Notes: generated by a model not told the origin, from the sequence alone. 64,000 nucleotides of DNA from Eledone cirrhosa (GCA_964016885.1 OZ024746.1:57102001-57166000); one strand, 5' to 3'. Positions 1 to 14,691 are shown, numbered from the stretch's first letter. Numbers and translations: made by a program.

Positions 1-1045
1 TGAGTTGGAATTCACAATAATAATGAGTAAACAACTTCCTATAGATACATTTAATACATTATGAGAGAGTAGACTGTACGTAAAATTAAATATAAATATA
101 TAACCTTTCATATAAGAGACTCAACTGAGGCACCATATAATGTATGTTAGAACAATGCATTTAGCTATGAGAATCAGCTAGTTACCTCCCCTTACGTATT
201 AGCTCTCCTTAATTACATACCAACTTCCGGATAATAAACCGGTGTAAATTCTCTCAGCCGAAAGAATCTATTCTATGAATATGGATTAAATAACACTGAG
301 CTTCAATACGTTACAATCCTTTACTGCAACAAACAATCAATACGAATACATAGTAACATATGTGATGAATGTGAAAACTATAACTCCCTTTTTCTGGATG
401 TGAAAATGGTGGTGGATGTGAAAACTATAACTTTCTTTTTCTGCACAGATACTAATTTGATCTATACAAAAATTACCCCCCCCCCCTACTGCAACCGCCA
501 TAATACTCTTGTTTACCCGCTTAAAGTGCTTGTATTACATGTAATACCTTGCCACACAATACTCTTATATAAATGAGACACATTTGCATGCTCCATGTAT
601 GACTAACGCATACACTATCTACTAGATCTTATTATTGAACTATTCTCCTGCATATTCTGTGTTATCTGTCACATGTATTTTAATGTTGATTTTAATTTGA
701 GTTACTATACAAATATAGTATAGTATAATATATGTCGCTGCACACTGTACATCAATATATATATATATATGTATCTGTATGTCTCTTGCGTTGAGTAGGA
801 GGTCAACTGTATGTACAAACATTAAAAATTGCTCCGAAGGCTCCAAGCCTAGGTTTGGAAGAAACAATTGTAAGTGAATAAATGTTTTGAACATAGCTTT
901 GATTCTTATGAATTCTATATAACTGCTCTGTAGAACAACTGATGTTATTACATTGAGCTATTTATCTTACTGGTAATAAGGTAGTAATAAATTACTGACC
1001 TTCCCTGTTTATAGTTTAAAATATACATAACATTAAATAGTATCC

Positions 1046-1087
<42 letters not shown>

Positions 1088-3569
1088 ATGACTGAGTACC
1101 TCGAGTAGAATTTTCGATTGAACCCTTTCCGATGAGAGTATACTACAGAAATTATAACTCTCACAACTTGGTCTTGTTGAATTCATCTCTTCAACACCTT
1201 CAAATCAGCTTCTGTTTTGAAAGAACAGTCACATGTTCGACACTGCCTGTCTCCTGCCATTACCTGATGCGACGTCTCTTCATGCATTGTACTATGTTTG
1301 CTCAGTTCAGCAGCTGATTTACAAATCAAGCTACACCCGTAGCAATCATATCGCGGAAAGGTGTGGCCGTATAATTATGTCACTAGTGACTCGGTTTCTC
1401 CCTGACTTGTGAATTTAGATATTTGACAAATCCAGTAGTTTGTAGGAACAATCATCATCACAGATTCCACCACAATTCCACCTGGATCATTGCAGGCACA
1501 TCATTGAGTCCCGCTTACTGTGTTAATGCTTCAAACGGCATGCCCCACCTGCTTTTTCTCAAAGTTACTACTTGTTGTTCATTCTATATGATATATGGCA
1601 TTCAGTCTTTGCCTCTCATTCTACTATATTAATCTACATAGCGTTAAGACTGCGTTTTAGTATATCCCTAATCCGCTGCTACGGTTTATGCTGGGAAGTC
1701 TTTCTTCTAATTAGATGAATCTAATCTGAATCTAAGACTAATCCACTTCATCACGAGCACCGACAATTCCCAGTGCCAAGAACTTAATAATGACTTACTG
1801 AAAATAAAATGGTAGGATAGAATTGCTTTTTATTTACATATAGCTTCTGCATTTCTTACTTCAATATAATCGTGTGTACGTTATTACTCATTGGGATTTG
1901 TCTATCTGTTTAACATAAGCACTCATAAAGGTACACACACACACATACATATACAAATACATATATCCGACATACAACTGTTCATGGAATGTAACCTCTT
2001 GACACAACGGTATATTATTATTGTTCTTCATTAGAAATGCTTTATCTATTTTCTTGTTTAAAAACATCCTCAATACGTTTTAATATGAAATATATTCTTT
2101 AGGTGTCCCTGGTTAAAAGGTTCATTGAAAACGAGTGCGTTGCTTTCATTCCGTTTCTCATCTCTCTTCCTAATTCACTTTATCACAACTAAACATCTTT
2201 GTAACAGAACCTCTTTTGACATTTTACACGTTTTCATGATTAAATTATGTACATTCATCAGTCTGTATTTTGCCTAATTCACTTATCATTGATTAAAAAT
2301 AACTCTATAAATGAAATTAGTTGACCACGTTGAAATTTGGCATTGAAAGGACTCAGGTCGGTAAAATAAGGATCAAACAGAAACCTGGCTTTGTTAATCA
2401 ATTCTATACCTCATATTGAAGATAACTTCACCTTTCTTAGCAAGCATAACACGACGTATTTTTGAAACCGTTATTGCCTGGAACAGCAGAATGCCCGTCC
2501 TTATTCAGATATGATTTCTTTACTTCTGATTTCGACTTCTGCTAGTCTCGCTTTACATTTCATTGTACGTTGTCTATAGAAAACCAACAGCGGGTGTTGC
2601 GACATGGATTTAATCGGACATCAGCCACGTCCCTTATATGTTTCGTCAGATTGTCGAAATTGTTATTAAATTTATTAAGACCATTGCTGAAGAAATATTG
2701 TGTTCATTTGGGATATTTTGTGTTGAATTCCCTTCAATGGCAAGTAGTAATTTTCATTAGGTTGCGAAGGTTAAACTCATTTTCCTTGTCGATACTATCG
2801 TTGTTGTTTGCTGTCGATTCAGCCCTGGTCGACGAAGCAGCATTGAATAAAGTGCATCAATGAATATTCAGTCCCATTTTACAGAGCTTATTTTATCGAA
2901 GTTTAGGTTATCAGATGTGGGATATTATTCTTATTTGACTACAATCTTGTGCTAAAAACTGCATTCGTAATATCAAATGCAACTGATTTATTTATCTGCC
3001 TTCGAATTCTAATATAGAGGCAAGTAATATTTTCAGTAAATTTCAGTAGTGTTTTGAGCACTCTATTTACAGAAGTCCATCTTTCAATGGTCCTATATGT
3101 GATACCATACTTGAGAGGTTTTTTTGTTAAAATAATGGATATTTTAGCGCTTATTCCATATAAATATTTCTGAAGGAAGTACAATTTCATTTATGAACCC
3201 AAACAAATAAAATTATCGACTAAGTCAATTGGTGCGCTGTGGATCAATATCTGACAATAAGTACTTAAATTGTTTGAGTATGTATCCAAGCATTAAAGGA
3301 CACTGTTAACAAGGATACTACAAATGATAGATATTACATATTAACACTATATTCATTACATTGGGTTGCTTTTCATTTTTACATATGAATTTTACTCATG
3401 GTAGATCTAATATATATATAATATATATGTATATATATAAGTATGTATGTAAAAGGTAAACATAAATAACAATATATATATATATATATATATATACACA
3501 CGCACACACACACACACATATATATATAATCCTTGAGAAGATCATGAAGGCAATATATATATATATTTT

Positions 3570-3656
<87 letters not shown>

Positions 3657-3658
<2 letters not shown>

Positions 3659-3840
3659 CGAAGGGAAAGTGGTAAGGAACCAGGTGGACCATAACGCACC
3701 AAAGTACTCAATACTTAGGGTAGTAGAGTGGGTAATAGGAACAAGTAAGACCCGACGGCTGAGCTCAAGCCGTTTCGACGGCTAATTCTGGAATTAGCCG
3801 TCGAAACGGCTTGAGCTCAGCCGTCGGGGTCTTACTTGTT

Positions 3841-3844
<4 letters not shown>
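3657..3844. mobile_element. Miniature family A foldback (3' end only)
   Basis: Long arm with tail (minus, 3657-3790) and short arm (plus, to GTTCCTA), symmetric about CTAATTCTGGAATTAG, in (TA)n. Confidence 0.9.
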
Positions 3845-3901
<57 letters not shown>

Positions 3902-4583
3902 ATATACATATATATATATATATGCATTGTGACATTCCAAAAATTATAAGTCACTCCCTGAAAATGTTCAAGTCATTCGTAGGCAAGACAAATTGATAGA
4001 TTGAAATTTAATTAAATGTCCAAGAAACACACGGACACACACACATACACACAAAGATGCAAACACACACACACATAGATTGGCTCACGTACAAACACAC
4101 ACATGCATATATGTATATGTCTATAAATGTATAAATGGATGTACGTATACTGATGTTGGTAAATTGATATTCATTTAAATCCAACTGTGAGTGTCGTATG
4201 TGCCTTCACCTCTGCCTTAGGTATAAACAAGAGAATTGAATGGAAATTAATTGGTTGTCTATGAATAGACAGCCAGGAAATGCTAATAATATAGCACTTA
4301 AAATTTAACATTACATATAGTCACTGCCACATCTCCAAAGGGGATAGCAGCAGAAAGATTATCATACGAATGTGGGGAAGGGAAGTATAAATATATATAT
4401 GCCACTACAAGAATTGATGATTCAAGTACCTTAGCGGTATGTCGCCTATCCAATCTCTTATATGTTGTATCTGATGGAAACGTACTGAAGAAACCATTGT
4501 ACCTCCTTTGGAATATGTATAATAAAATATTTAATTTGGTTATGATATTTCTCATATAATATTATTCAAAATATTAATAAATG

Positions 4584-4683
<100 letters not shown>

Positions 4684-4699
4684 CATATATATATAATAT

Positions 4700-5070
4700 T
4701 CTAGGAGAAGGAAAACTCTGATATAACACCTGCAACCCTGATGGTATCCAATGATGTTGACTGTTCTTCTTTTTGGTAAATATCATCTTGGTTAAGAGAG
4801 TGGGACTGGCTTTGTGCAGTGTCTTTGCTCACTATAAAAGCTTCACGACACAGGCATTGCTTTATATCTGGAGATCTCTCTGCACTTGTCGTCACATGGT
4901 ACAATGGGCCCAGCACTATGTGTCAATAATTGTCACAAGTGTAGTGTTTGTACAAAAGTTTTCAAGTCGCTGGCTGGACTCAAAAGTCACCCTCGTTCAG
5001 CGCATCGGTAGGCGTTCTCCTACATGGAAATAAAGTAGTGGCCGTACTCGAAAACGAGTTGGCAGCCAAC
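4700..5070. repeat. Unclassified dispersed repeat; second copy inverted at 43981-44215
   Basis: 4836-5069 is the reverse complement of 43982-44215 with high identity and a shared terminus GGCTGCCAACTCGTTTT. Confidence 0.8.
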
Positions 5071-5149
5071 ATATATGCATATATATGTATATATATAAAT
5101 ATATATCTATGTGGCTGTATATTTTTATTTTCATGTGAATATGTACATT

Positions 5150-5234
<85 letters not shown>

Positions 5235-5406
5235 ATATGTATATATTGATATGTCAGTGTATCATATAGAGATAGATAAGTATATGGACATATGCAATAT
5301 AACATATAATGATGAATATGCTTAGAGTCATACAGGTAATGTTATCATGTTTCTCTTGCAAATCACACTTAATCAGCCGCATAAATACGAAGTTATACAC
5401 GCATGA

Positions 5407-5437
<31 letters not shown>

Positions 5438-5514
5438 AATGTACATATATCGCATATATTTACATATAAATAAAAATATGTACACACACACACATATATA
5501 TATATATATGTATA

Positions 5515-5781
5515 AATTAGGATTGGTGCTCTGAAATAGCGACGTATGCATGAATGTATGTATAATATATTTGGTGATATTCTGTATGTTTAATTAAAAA
5601 CATTTTAAAGTAGTGACTATGTCACTTTCTTCTTTTTTCAGCAAAGTAAGGGAGCTCTGCCTTTTCTGAAAAAAAGGACCTAGTGACATAGTCACTACTT
5701 TAAAATAATAGTGCAAGGTCTTCAAAATGTTTTTTAATTAAACATACAGGGTATCACCAACTATACTATACTATACATACA

Positions 5782-5787
<6 letters not shown>
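5515..5787. repeat. Non-coding foldback, family F
   Basis: Inverted arms (TTTTAAAGTAGTGACTATGTCACT / AGTGACATAGTCACTACTTTAAAA); shares tail and core with 30649-30935. Confidence 0.75.
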
Positions 5788-5823
<36 letters not shown>

Positions 5824-6804
5824 TATATCCAAAACGTCACCTGAACCGTTAAGGTCTGATTCTTGGGTAATTGTAACCGGATTAAGCAATAAGTCTCATA
5901 TGTAACACCTCCACTTTCTTATTATTATTACACTCTGCTCTGCATCAAGTGGTGACATTGGTTATCTCAGCAGGTTTCTTCGGACTTACTGAACCTCTGT
6001 GGAAAATGCCGGAAACCAGCCGTGGGCGTCCTGACTCTTTTCCTATATATATATATATAGTATTATCCGTAGTGTTGTAATATGAATATTATACACAGTA
6101 GATGGACAGTTCACGTAGGGTTTGCTCGACGGTTCCAGTTGTAGTTTCAAAAGTAATCCGGAGAAAATAGAAGGATTTAAATGGATACAGTTCAGTAAAA
6201 GGAATTTATTGACACGTGTTTCAATAACAGTTATTAACCTGAAAACAGCTGCTAACTACAAAGTATTAATTATGCAGACACTCAATATTTCAATGTTATT
6301 TTCAAAAACCATTTCATCAGAATCATATCATTGAGAACTTGTTTGGTTTTTATAGAGAATATTATGAGGGAGGAGTGAAGTTGTTAGAAGAATAGTTAAG
6401 GGATTGGATAGACATTTTTGATAGCAGTGGGTAATTAGATTCCCATCTGTTATTTTGTTATTTAAGTTTGACATTTTTTAGAATATTCATTATTTGGCGT
6501 TGGTTGTATTGGTTATTTTTCTAAATCTATAGAAGGATTAGAGATAGTAAAGATATGCATGGTTGGTTTTATGTTTGCACTTAATTCACATACAGACTTA
6601 AATTTGTCTTTCAAGTGTACGTATCCGTTCGCCCACACATAAATATGTGCGTATATATACTTATTTTTTTAAAAACATACACATTCACAAACATACATAT
6701 ATGTACATCACTACAAATACATACATCACATCCACATACTTAAATGCTCATACTTACATACATATATACCTGCACATATATATATATATATAGGAACCAG
6801 TAAG

Positions 6805-6898
6805 ACCCCGACAGCTGAGCTCAAGCCGTTTCGACGGCTAATTCTGGACTAAATGAAAATTTATCCTGGTATTTAAATAGCCGATCTTCTCAAGGGGT
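6805..6898 (-). ncRNA. Hammerhead ribozyme, family A, inverted-arm copy
   Basis: Reverse complement of 11825-11918. Confidence 0.85.
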
Positions 6899-8014
6899 AA
6901 TTCCATATATGGTCAAAGTGATTGTCAAAAATCAGTAGTAATTCTGTGGTTGCAAATTAGTAGGGGAGATGGTGGCTAAACCTGCCAGTAGGAGAAAGAG
7001 GGGAGGGGGTGGAGTAGACCCAATCAAGCGTTGGTAGTGCCAGCTACAGCTGGGCATGAGGTCAAAGAAGATACTGGGGAGGGGGAGGGGGAGGGGGAGG
7101 AAGTCGGAACGGTAGGTAGAACAATGGGGGGTAGAAATATATAGGAAAGAAAAAATACTGAGAGTGAAGAAAAGCAAATAAGTGTAAAGAAAAAAGTAAA
7201 GTAAATTCTACGACCTAGGTCTCTAGCTATTGTTAGGCTAGAATAAATAAATAAATAAAGAAAGAAAGAAGTAAAGAAAGAAATAAAGAAATAACGAAAT
7301 AAGTAAAAGAACTAGGTGGGACGGATAGGCGAGGACCCTTTTAAGAAGTATAAGTACGTAAATGATACGGTGACGGGTCAACAAAAGGGGCCAAAATACT
7401 AAAGAGACTACCACGAAATAAACAATAAAGGTTTCCATCCCAGGCACAATGCCAGCAACCACCCAGTGCAGCAAAGTGAACTAGTACGAGATAATAATTC
7501 TGAGTCCCGAGAAAAATATACACCAATGCTAACTCTAAAAGATCTAAAATAAGCTACATGAAAGTTCGTACGAAGTAAAGGTAGAATACAGAAAAAATAA
7601 ATTCAGAATCCACCCCGCCCAAAAGAAAAGCGAAGAAAGAAATACTGAAACGAAAAAATAAGGAATAAGTGCCACTAAGAAATATAGAGGGCACAGAGAA
7701 TAGTGGGAGCGGTCGGAAAAAGGGGACAAGTATCCGGGGTCTAAACCAACTGCTATAAAAGGCGGAGTACGCCAAATCTATCATATACTAGGGGAGGGGG
7801 TGGGGGTACTAAGGCTACAAGGGGCTAAAGGGCAGCCTCGGGTGGGCGAGAAAAGACGCCGACAAAGGAGAAGAGCTGGGGTAGAAGGAGTAAGGAGAGA
7901 GGGGGGAAGGAAATAAAGGAAGCGATAAAAGAATACAAAGAAGACCTTACGTCTCCCTTGGCAAGCAGGGGTTACCCATTGCAAAATCGGCAAGTGGGGT
8001 GTTATAGCCCTAGT

Positions 8015-9799
8015 CTACCCCCCAGGGTCATTATGGGGTTTGAGGGCGAGGTAAGTCCTACGCAATCTATGTTTACATGCAGTAACCAGTTCATCTTTCT
8101 TGTTTAGGAGTTGGTCCGTCGAAAACAGCATTTGTAAAGTTTCCTCCGAGCATAAATTGCACGGAGGGCGTCCTCCCGTGTAAGAATTGGCTCTGGACAG
8201 TAATCTCCAAGTGAGATCATAGGGGATGTTGTTGTCCTTGAGGTCCCATATGTGGCCCGAAAGTGTAGTAGCGTGACGCCGGGCCGGGTTTCGGAAGGTA
8301 TGTCTATGTTGGTATAGCCGGGTCTTGAAGTCACTTGCGGTAAGTCCTATATAGGTTTTGTTGGAGGTATCCGTCCTCACGTTGCACTGGTAGATCACAT
8401 TACGGTCTCTGCATCTATTGTCGAGTGGGCAAATGGATCTATCCGGGCAGTTACACCTCCTGGTCGGTTCTCCACTGCTATTTAGGTTATTTCTGCCATC
8501 GGGGTTGAGTTATTTGTTGTTAGAGGAGACGATGTTTTGTGCGAAGTTTGGTGTAGTGCTGTAAGAGAGTTTGATGGTATTTTTGTTAATTATGTTGTGG
8601 TAGCGGTGTTGTAATGGGAAGTGTTTTTCAATGAGCCTAAAGAATAGTTTCCCGATGGGAGTTGTCACCTCTGCGTTGTGGGGAGGATTGAACCATGTTA
8701 CATTGCGTGAGCGGCGGTGTCTCCTGCTGGTTCCGCTAATGGGTGCTGGACAGTAGGATATTTCCTCCCGGAAACCACTCCACTTGAGGGCCTGGTTGTA
8801 ATAAGGCGCATGTTCATGGAATATCCGCTCATTAGCTGACAAACGGGATATGCGGAGGGAGATGTTTTTGACCAGGTTGTTTGTGATGTTCCTAGGATGG
8901 TTTGATCGGCGGTGGATGTAGTGCAGATTGTCATTAGGTTTCCTGTATGGGTAGTACAGGTCGTTTTCGAGGTCTTGGGTCACGTCCAGGAAGTTTACTC
9001 GGGTCAGGGACGTTTGTAGGGTTATTTTAAATCCCCAGTCGCGGAAGAATCTGATTAATTGTTTCCGGACCCGATCTGTACTACTGGGGTTGTACCCTTT
9101 AAGGGTAAGGAGCCCATCATCACGGTACAACCACCACCGAATGCAGGAAACATATCAGTGAGTTTGGCTATTAGGAATAATCCTATAAGATCTGTGACCT
9201 CCGCCGAATCCGTGGCGCCCATGCTGACGTCGAAGGGTCAATCGGGAGCTGTTTTTGTCCATTTAGAGTCGTCAAAGAGTAAGACTGTCTTCCTGGCATG
9301 GAGGATCATTTTTCTTTCCTGGTCGGTGATGGGCACAAGTGTTTCGGCGAAGGCCAAGGCGGCAGTAAGTAGCGGTAAGTTGATTGAAGCATAGTAGCTC
9401 TCTATGTCGAACTGTATGAATTTAGTTTCTCGTTTATCCTCCATATTGCTGAACCAGGAGATTACTTCCTGGGTGTTGAACCATAGGCTAAGTCGGGTGT
9501 GTTGTTTTGACTTTTGGTATCACGCGGTCTAGGATATTTTTGCTGATTCTCCCTATGTCGGACTTCGTTGGGTTAATAAGCCTGATAGAGGGTTTACTGT
9601 CAAAATCGGATTTATGGTCCTTCAGTGTGAAGTATGGTGTCCGTGGGTCTAGAGGTTCCGTGCGGTCGGCGACCCCGAGGCGGGGGGTAATTTGTTGTCC
9701 ATCTCGATTTATGTCCTCGATGCAAGAGTGGTTGGCCTTTTTATAGGTGGAGTTTAGGCTGCTCCTAATCAGTGTGTGGTATCTGTCAGGGTTGACAAA
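8015..9799 (-). pseudogene. 5'-truncated Naiad-like RT/GIY-YIG ORF with a frameshift near 9130 and a nonsense codon at 8510
   Basis: ORF pieces 9238-9444, 8510-9130 and 8015-8398. Compared with the intact copy at 18638: GGTGGTTGTAC vs GGTGGATTGTAC (1-nt deletion), and TAA vs AAA. Confidence 0.9.
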
Positions 9800-9800
9800 G

Positions 9801-10727
9801 CACTACATCCACCGCCGATCAAACCATCCTAGGAACATCACAAACAACCTGGTCAAAAACATCTCCCTCCGCATATCCCGTTTGTCAGCTAATGAGCGGA
9901 TATTCCATGAACATGCGCCTTATTACAACCAGGCCCTCAAGCGGAGTGGTTTCCGGGAGGAAATATCCTACTGTCCAGCTCCCATTAGCGGAACCAGCAG
10001 GAGACACCGCCGCTCACGCAATGTAACATGGTTCAATCCTCCCCACAACGCAGAGGTGACAACTCCCATCGGGAAACTATTCTTTAGGCTCATTGAAAAA
10101 CACTTCCCATTACAACACCGCTACCACAACATAATTAACAAAAATACCATCAAACTCTCTTACAGCACTACACCAAACTTCGCACAAAACATCGTCTCCT
10201 CTAACAACAAATAACTCAACCCCGATGGCAGAAATAACCTAAATAGCAGTGGAGAACCGACCAGGAGGTGTAACTGCCCGGATAGATCCATTTGCCCACT
10301 CGACAATAGATGCAGAGACCGTAATGTGATCTACCAGTGCAACGTGAGGACGGATACCTCCAACAAAGCCTATATAGGACTTACCGCATGTGACTTCAAG
10401 ACCCGGCTATACCAACATAGACATACCTTCCGAAACCAGGCCCGGCGTCACGCCACTACACTTTCGGGCCACATATGGGACCTCAAGGACAACAACATCA
10501 CCTATGATCTCACTTGGAGATTACTGTCCAGAGCCAATCCTTACACGGGAGGACGCCGTCCGTGCAATTTATGCTCGGAGGAAACTTTACAAATGCTGTT
10601 TTCGACGGACCAACTCCTAAACAAGAAAGATGAACTGGTTACTGCATGTAAACATAGATTGCGTAGGACTTACCTCGCCCTCAAACCCCATAATGACCCG
10701 GGGGGGGGGAGTAGACTAGGGCTATAA
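9801..10727 (+). pseudogene. RT thumb, linker and GIY-YIG part of the family A ORF, with a nonsense codon at 10212-10214
   Basis: ORFs 9747-10214 and 10326-10727 are nearly identical to the C-terminal part of 18638-19786. Confidence 0.9.
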
Positions 10728-11824
10728 AACCCCACTTGCCGATTTTGCAATGGGTAACCCCTGCTTGCCAAGGGAGACGTAATGTCTTCTTTGTATTCTT
10801 TTATCGCTTCCTTTATTTCCTTCCCCCCTCTCTCCTTAGTCCTTCTACCCCAGCTCTTCTCCTTTGTCGGCGTCTTTTCTCGCCCACCCGAGTCTGCCCT
10901 TTGGCCCCTTGTAACCTTAGTACCCCCACCCCCTCCCCTAGTCTATGATAGATTGGCGTACTCCGCCTTTTATAGCAGTTGGTTTAGACCCCGGATACTT
11001 GTCCCCTTTTTCCGACCGCTCCCACTATTCTCTGTGCCCTCTATATTTCTTAGTGGCACTTATTCCTTATTTTTTCGTTTCAGTATTTCTTTCTTCGCTT
11101 TTCTTTTGGGCGGGGTGGATTCTGAATTTATTTTTTCCGTATTCTACCTTTATTTCGTACGAACTTTCATGTAGCTTGTTTTAGATCTTTTAGAGTTAGC
11201 ATTAGTATATATTTTTCTCGGGACTCAGAATTATTATCTCGTACTAGTTCACTTTGCTGCACTGGGTGGTTGCTGGCATTGTGCCCGGGGTGGAAACCTT
11301 TATTGTTTATTTCGTGGTAGTCTCTTTAGTATTTTGGCCCCTTTTGTTGACCCGTCACCGTATCATTTACGTACTTATACCTCTTAAAAGGGTCCTTGCC
11401 TATACCGTCCCACCTAGTTCTTTTACTTATTTCGTTATTTCTTTATTTCTTTCTTTACTTCTTTCTTTCTTTATTTATTTATTTATTCTAGCCTAACAAT
11501 AGCTAGAGACCTAGGTCGTAGAATTTACTTTACTTTTTTCTTTACACTTATTTGCTTTTCTTCACTCTCAGTATTTTTTCTTTCCTATATATTTCTACCC
11601 CCCATTGTTCTACCTACCGTTCCGACTTCCTCCCCCTCCCCCTCCCCAGTATCTTCTTTGACCTCATGCCCAGCTGTAGCTGGCACTACCAACGCTTGAT
11701 TGGGTCTACTCCACCCCCTCCCCCCTTTCTCCTACTGGCAGGTTTAGCCACCATCTCCCCTACTAATTTGCAACCACAGAATTACTACTGATTTTTGACA
11801 ATCACTTTGACCATATATGGAATT

Positions 11825-11918
11825 ACCCCTTGAGAAGATCGGCTATTTAAATACCAGGATAAATTTTCATTTAGTCCAGAATTAGCCGTCGAAACGGCTT
11901 GAGCTCAGCTGTCGGGGT
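11825..11918 (+). ncRNA. Type I hammerhead ribozyme, U3-A8 core variant (family A 3' end)
   Basis: ACCCC-UUGAGAA-[GAUCGGCUA...UAGCCGUC]-GAAA-CGGC(UUGAGCUCA)GCUG-UC^GGGGU; predicted cleavage after 11913. Confidence 0.85.
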
Positions 11919-12010
11919 CTTACTGGTTCCTATTACCCACTCTACTACCTCAAGTATTGAGTACTTTGGTGCGTTATGGTCCACCTGGCTCCTTACCACA
12001 TTTCCTTCGT

Positions 12011-12044
<34 letters not shown>

Positions 12045-12150
12045 TATATGTGTACATACATACGCATTCATGTATATACACTTTCATACTTTCCTTATCT
12101 ACATATACACACATATAGACACACACATATATACATACATACTCTTGTCC

Positions 12151-12187
<37 letters not shown>

Positions 12188-12429
12188 CACATATACATGA
12201 ATACACATACATTTAATTATACACATCAAACATATATATATATATATACACTCACCCACTTGTTTACTTATTTATATACATTTTCACATATATACATTCA
12301 TATGGTCGCTTTTAGACACATTCATTATAGCCTCTTCGCACCTATTCTCACCAGCATATTTATATATTATTAGTGTGATAATTTAAGGTTATTAATAGTA
12401 CATATATATGTTGAGAAGAGATTGTTTTT

Positions 12430-13460
<1,031 letters not shown>

Positions 13461-14649
13461 ATATATACATATATATAAAATATGAATATGCTTATACATG
13501 TATGTTATGTGGATGAAGGAAGAGGAAACATTGGGGGATAAGATTGTTTGTTCGTAGTGGGAGTGAAAAGAGCGAGACGCAAGCAAGTGCGACTATTATT
13601 TACAGAACGTAGGTTACAGGTTTATAAGAGTAGGCAACTATTGAGATAAACATGTTCAACTTTTCCTCAATAGCTAATACTATTTTTCAACACATTTATG
13701 TCTAATTGCAAAAATAAGTACCAGAGCAATCGATATGCTTCTGTTGACAACGATCATGGAATAACCTCCGGTCAATCTAGTACAAAATCAAAGATTTAAA
13801 TAAATAGAAGTATAAACGTTTATTGCTAATTACATCACTCGTTTTCTTCGTATTTTTTGGCAAACTGTATATTCGAACACTTGTATCGTATATGTAAATA
13901 AACATTAGATAGCGAATCAAAAGCATCCTCGGCAATTGAAGATTAAAACATATGCGCGCAAAGCAATGAAACATTTTCATGCAGCATGTGTTTGATTGGG
14001 AATGTGCAACATATATGCAGCAGTTGAATTGCTTGCGGAATTGATCTGCAATTACGTGCATTGCGTGTTGTCATAAAAATGATTTTAAAATGAGACATTT
14101 TAATAACATAAAACGACAAGAAATGTCCAGATGACTCGTGAATGGTTTCAATTTTGCATTAATAACGAACATTTCTGACGAACTTTCTTCATAATTAGGT
14201 TATGCAATTGAATACACGCGCAAAAAAATTTAAGGGGTTGCAGCGTAAGGGAAGCGGTGAGATATGTGGGTGGGATTGTGAAATATCATCAATGATCAAA
14301 TAGCAATATTTTAAGGGAGGGGGAAAATGGGATAGACATAAAATTAAAACGCGGCGAAGCTCTCACTAAAGAGACAGCTCCAAAAATATGAAATGAGTTA
14401 AAAGTGAGATTTTTTTCAAATGAACGCTGAATTTTCGCGGATTGCTCAACAAAGCAATTCCGTCATTAACGTTATTACTATTGATATTTAATATTATTAT
14501 CATTGCTATTACCATCAATAAAATTGCACTGTTTCTAATAATAATCAATACTTGTGTTATTATATAACGTTAAAATAATAATAATGATAAAAATTATAAT
14601 AATAATAATTTCTTTATTAATCACAAGGGTTGACATAAATTATAACATT

Positions 14650-14691
14650 AAGGACAGTACAGGACAGTACAGGACAGTACAGGACGGTACA
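14650..14691 (+). repeat. 10-bp tandem repeat (AGGACAGTAC) x4
   Basis: Directly visible. Confidence 0.9.

Larger units (their letters stand above)
6792..12011. mobile_element. Naiad-like PLE family A, foldback insertion (minus arm 6792-9800, plus arm 9801-12011) in (TA)n
   Basis: 6792-8924 is the reverse complement of 9801-11932. Encodes RT motifs (FDIESYYASI, GATDSAE, YRDD) and GIY-YIG (IY..YIGLT..FK.R..H, CNLC..E, LNKK.E..CKH). Both ends abut (TA)n. Confidence 0.95.

Noticed and set aside
1140-1400. Possible Tc1/mariner end
   Set aside because: Only a vague TIR-like sequence; no partner TIR or DDE motif.
2430-3250. Possible gene or hAT transposase relic
   Set aside because: Short broken frames with no diagnostic motif I can support.
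5980-6200. Additional CUGA...GAAA hammerhead candidates
   Set aside because: Cores are non-canonical and stems I and III could not be formed.
10736-11791. Hydrophobic small ORFs repeated in the family A 3' UTR
   Set aside because: T-rich UTR; indels between copies break the frames.
6792-12011. DNA transposon with long TIRs, or an assembly mirror artefact
   Set aside because: It encodes RT and GIY-YIG rather than a transposase; the arms differ by scattered substitutions and have reproducible asymmetric ends.
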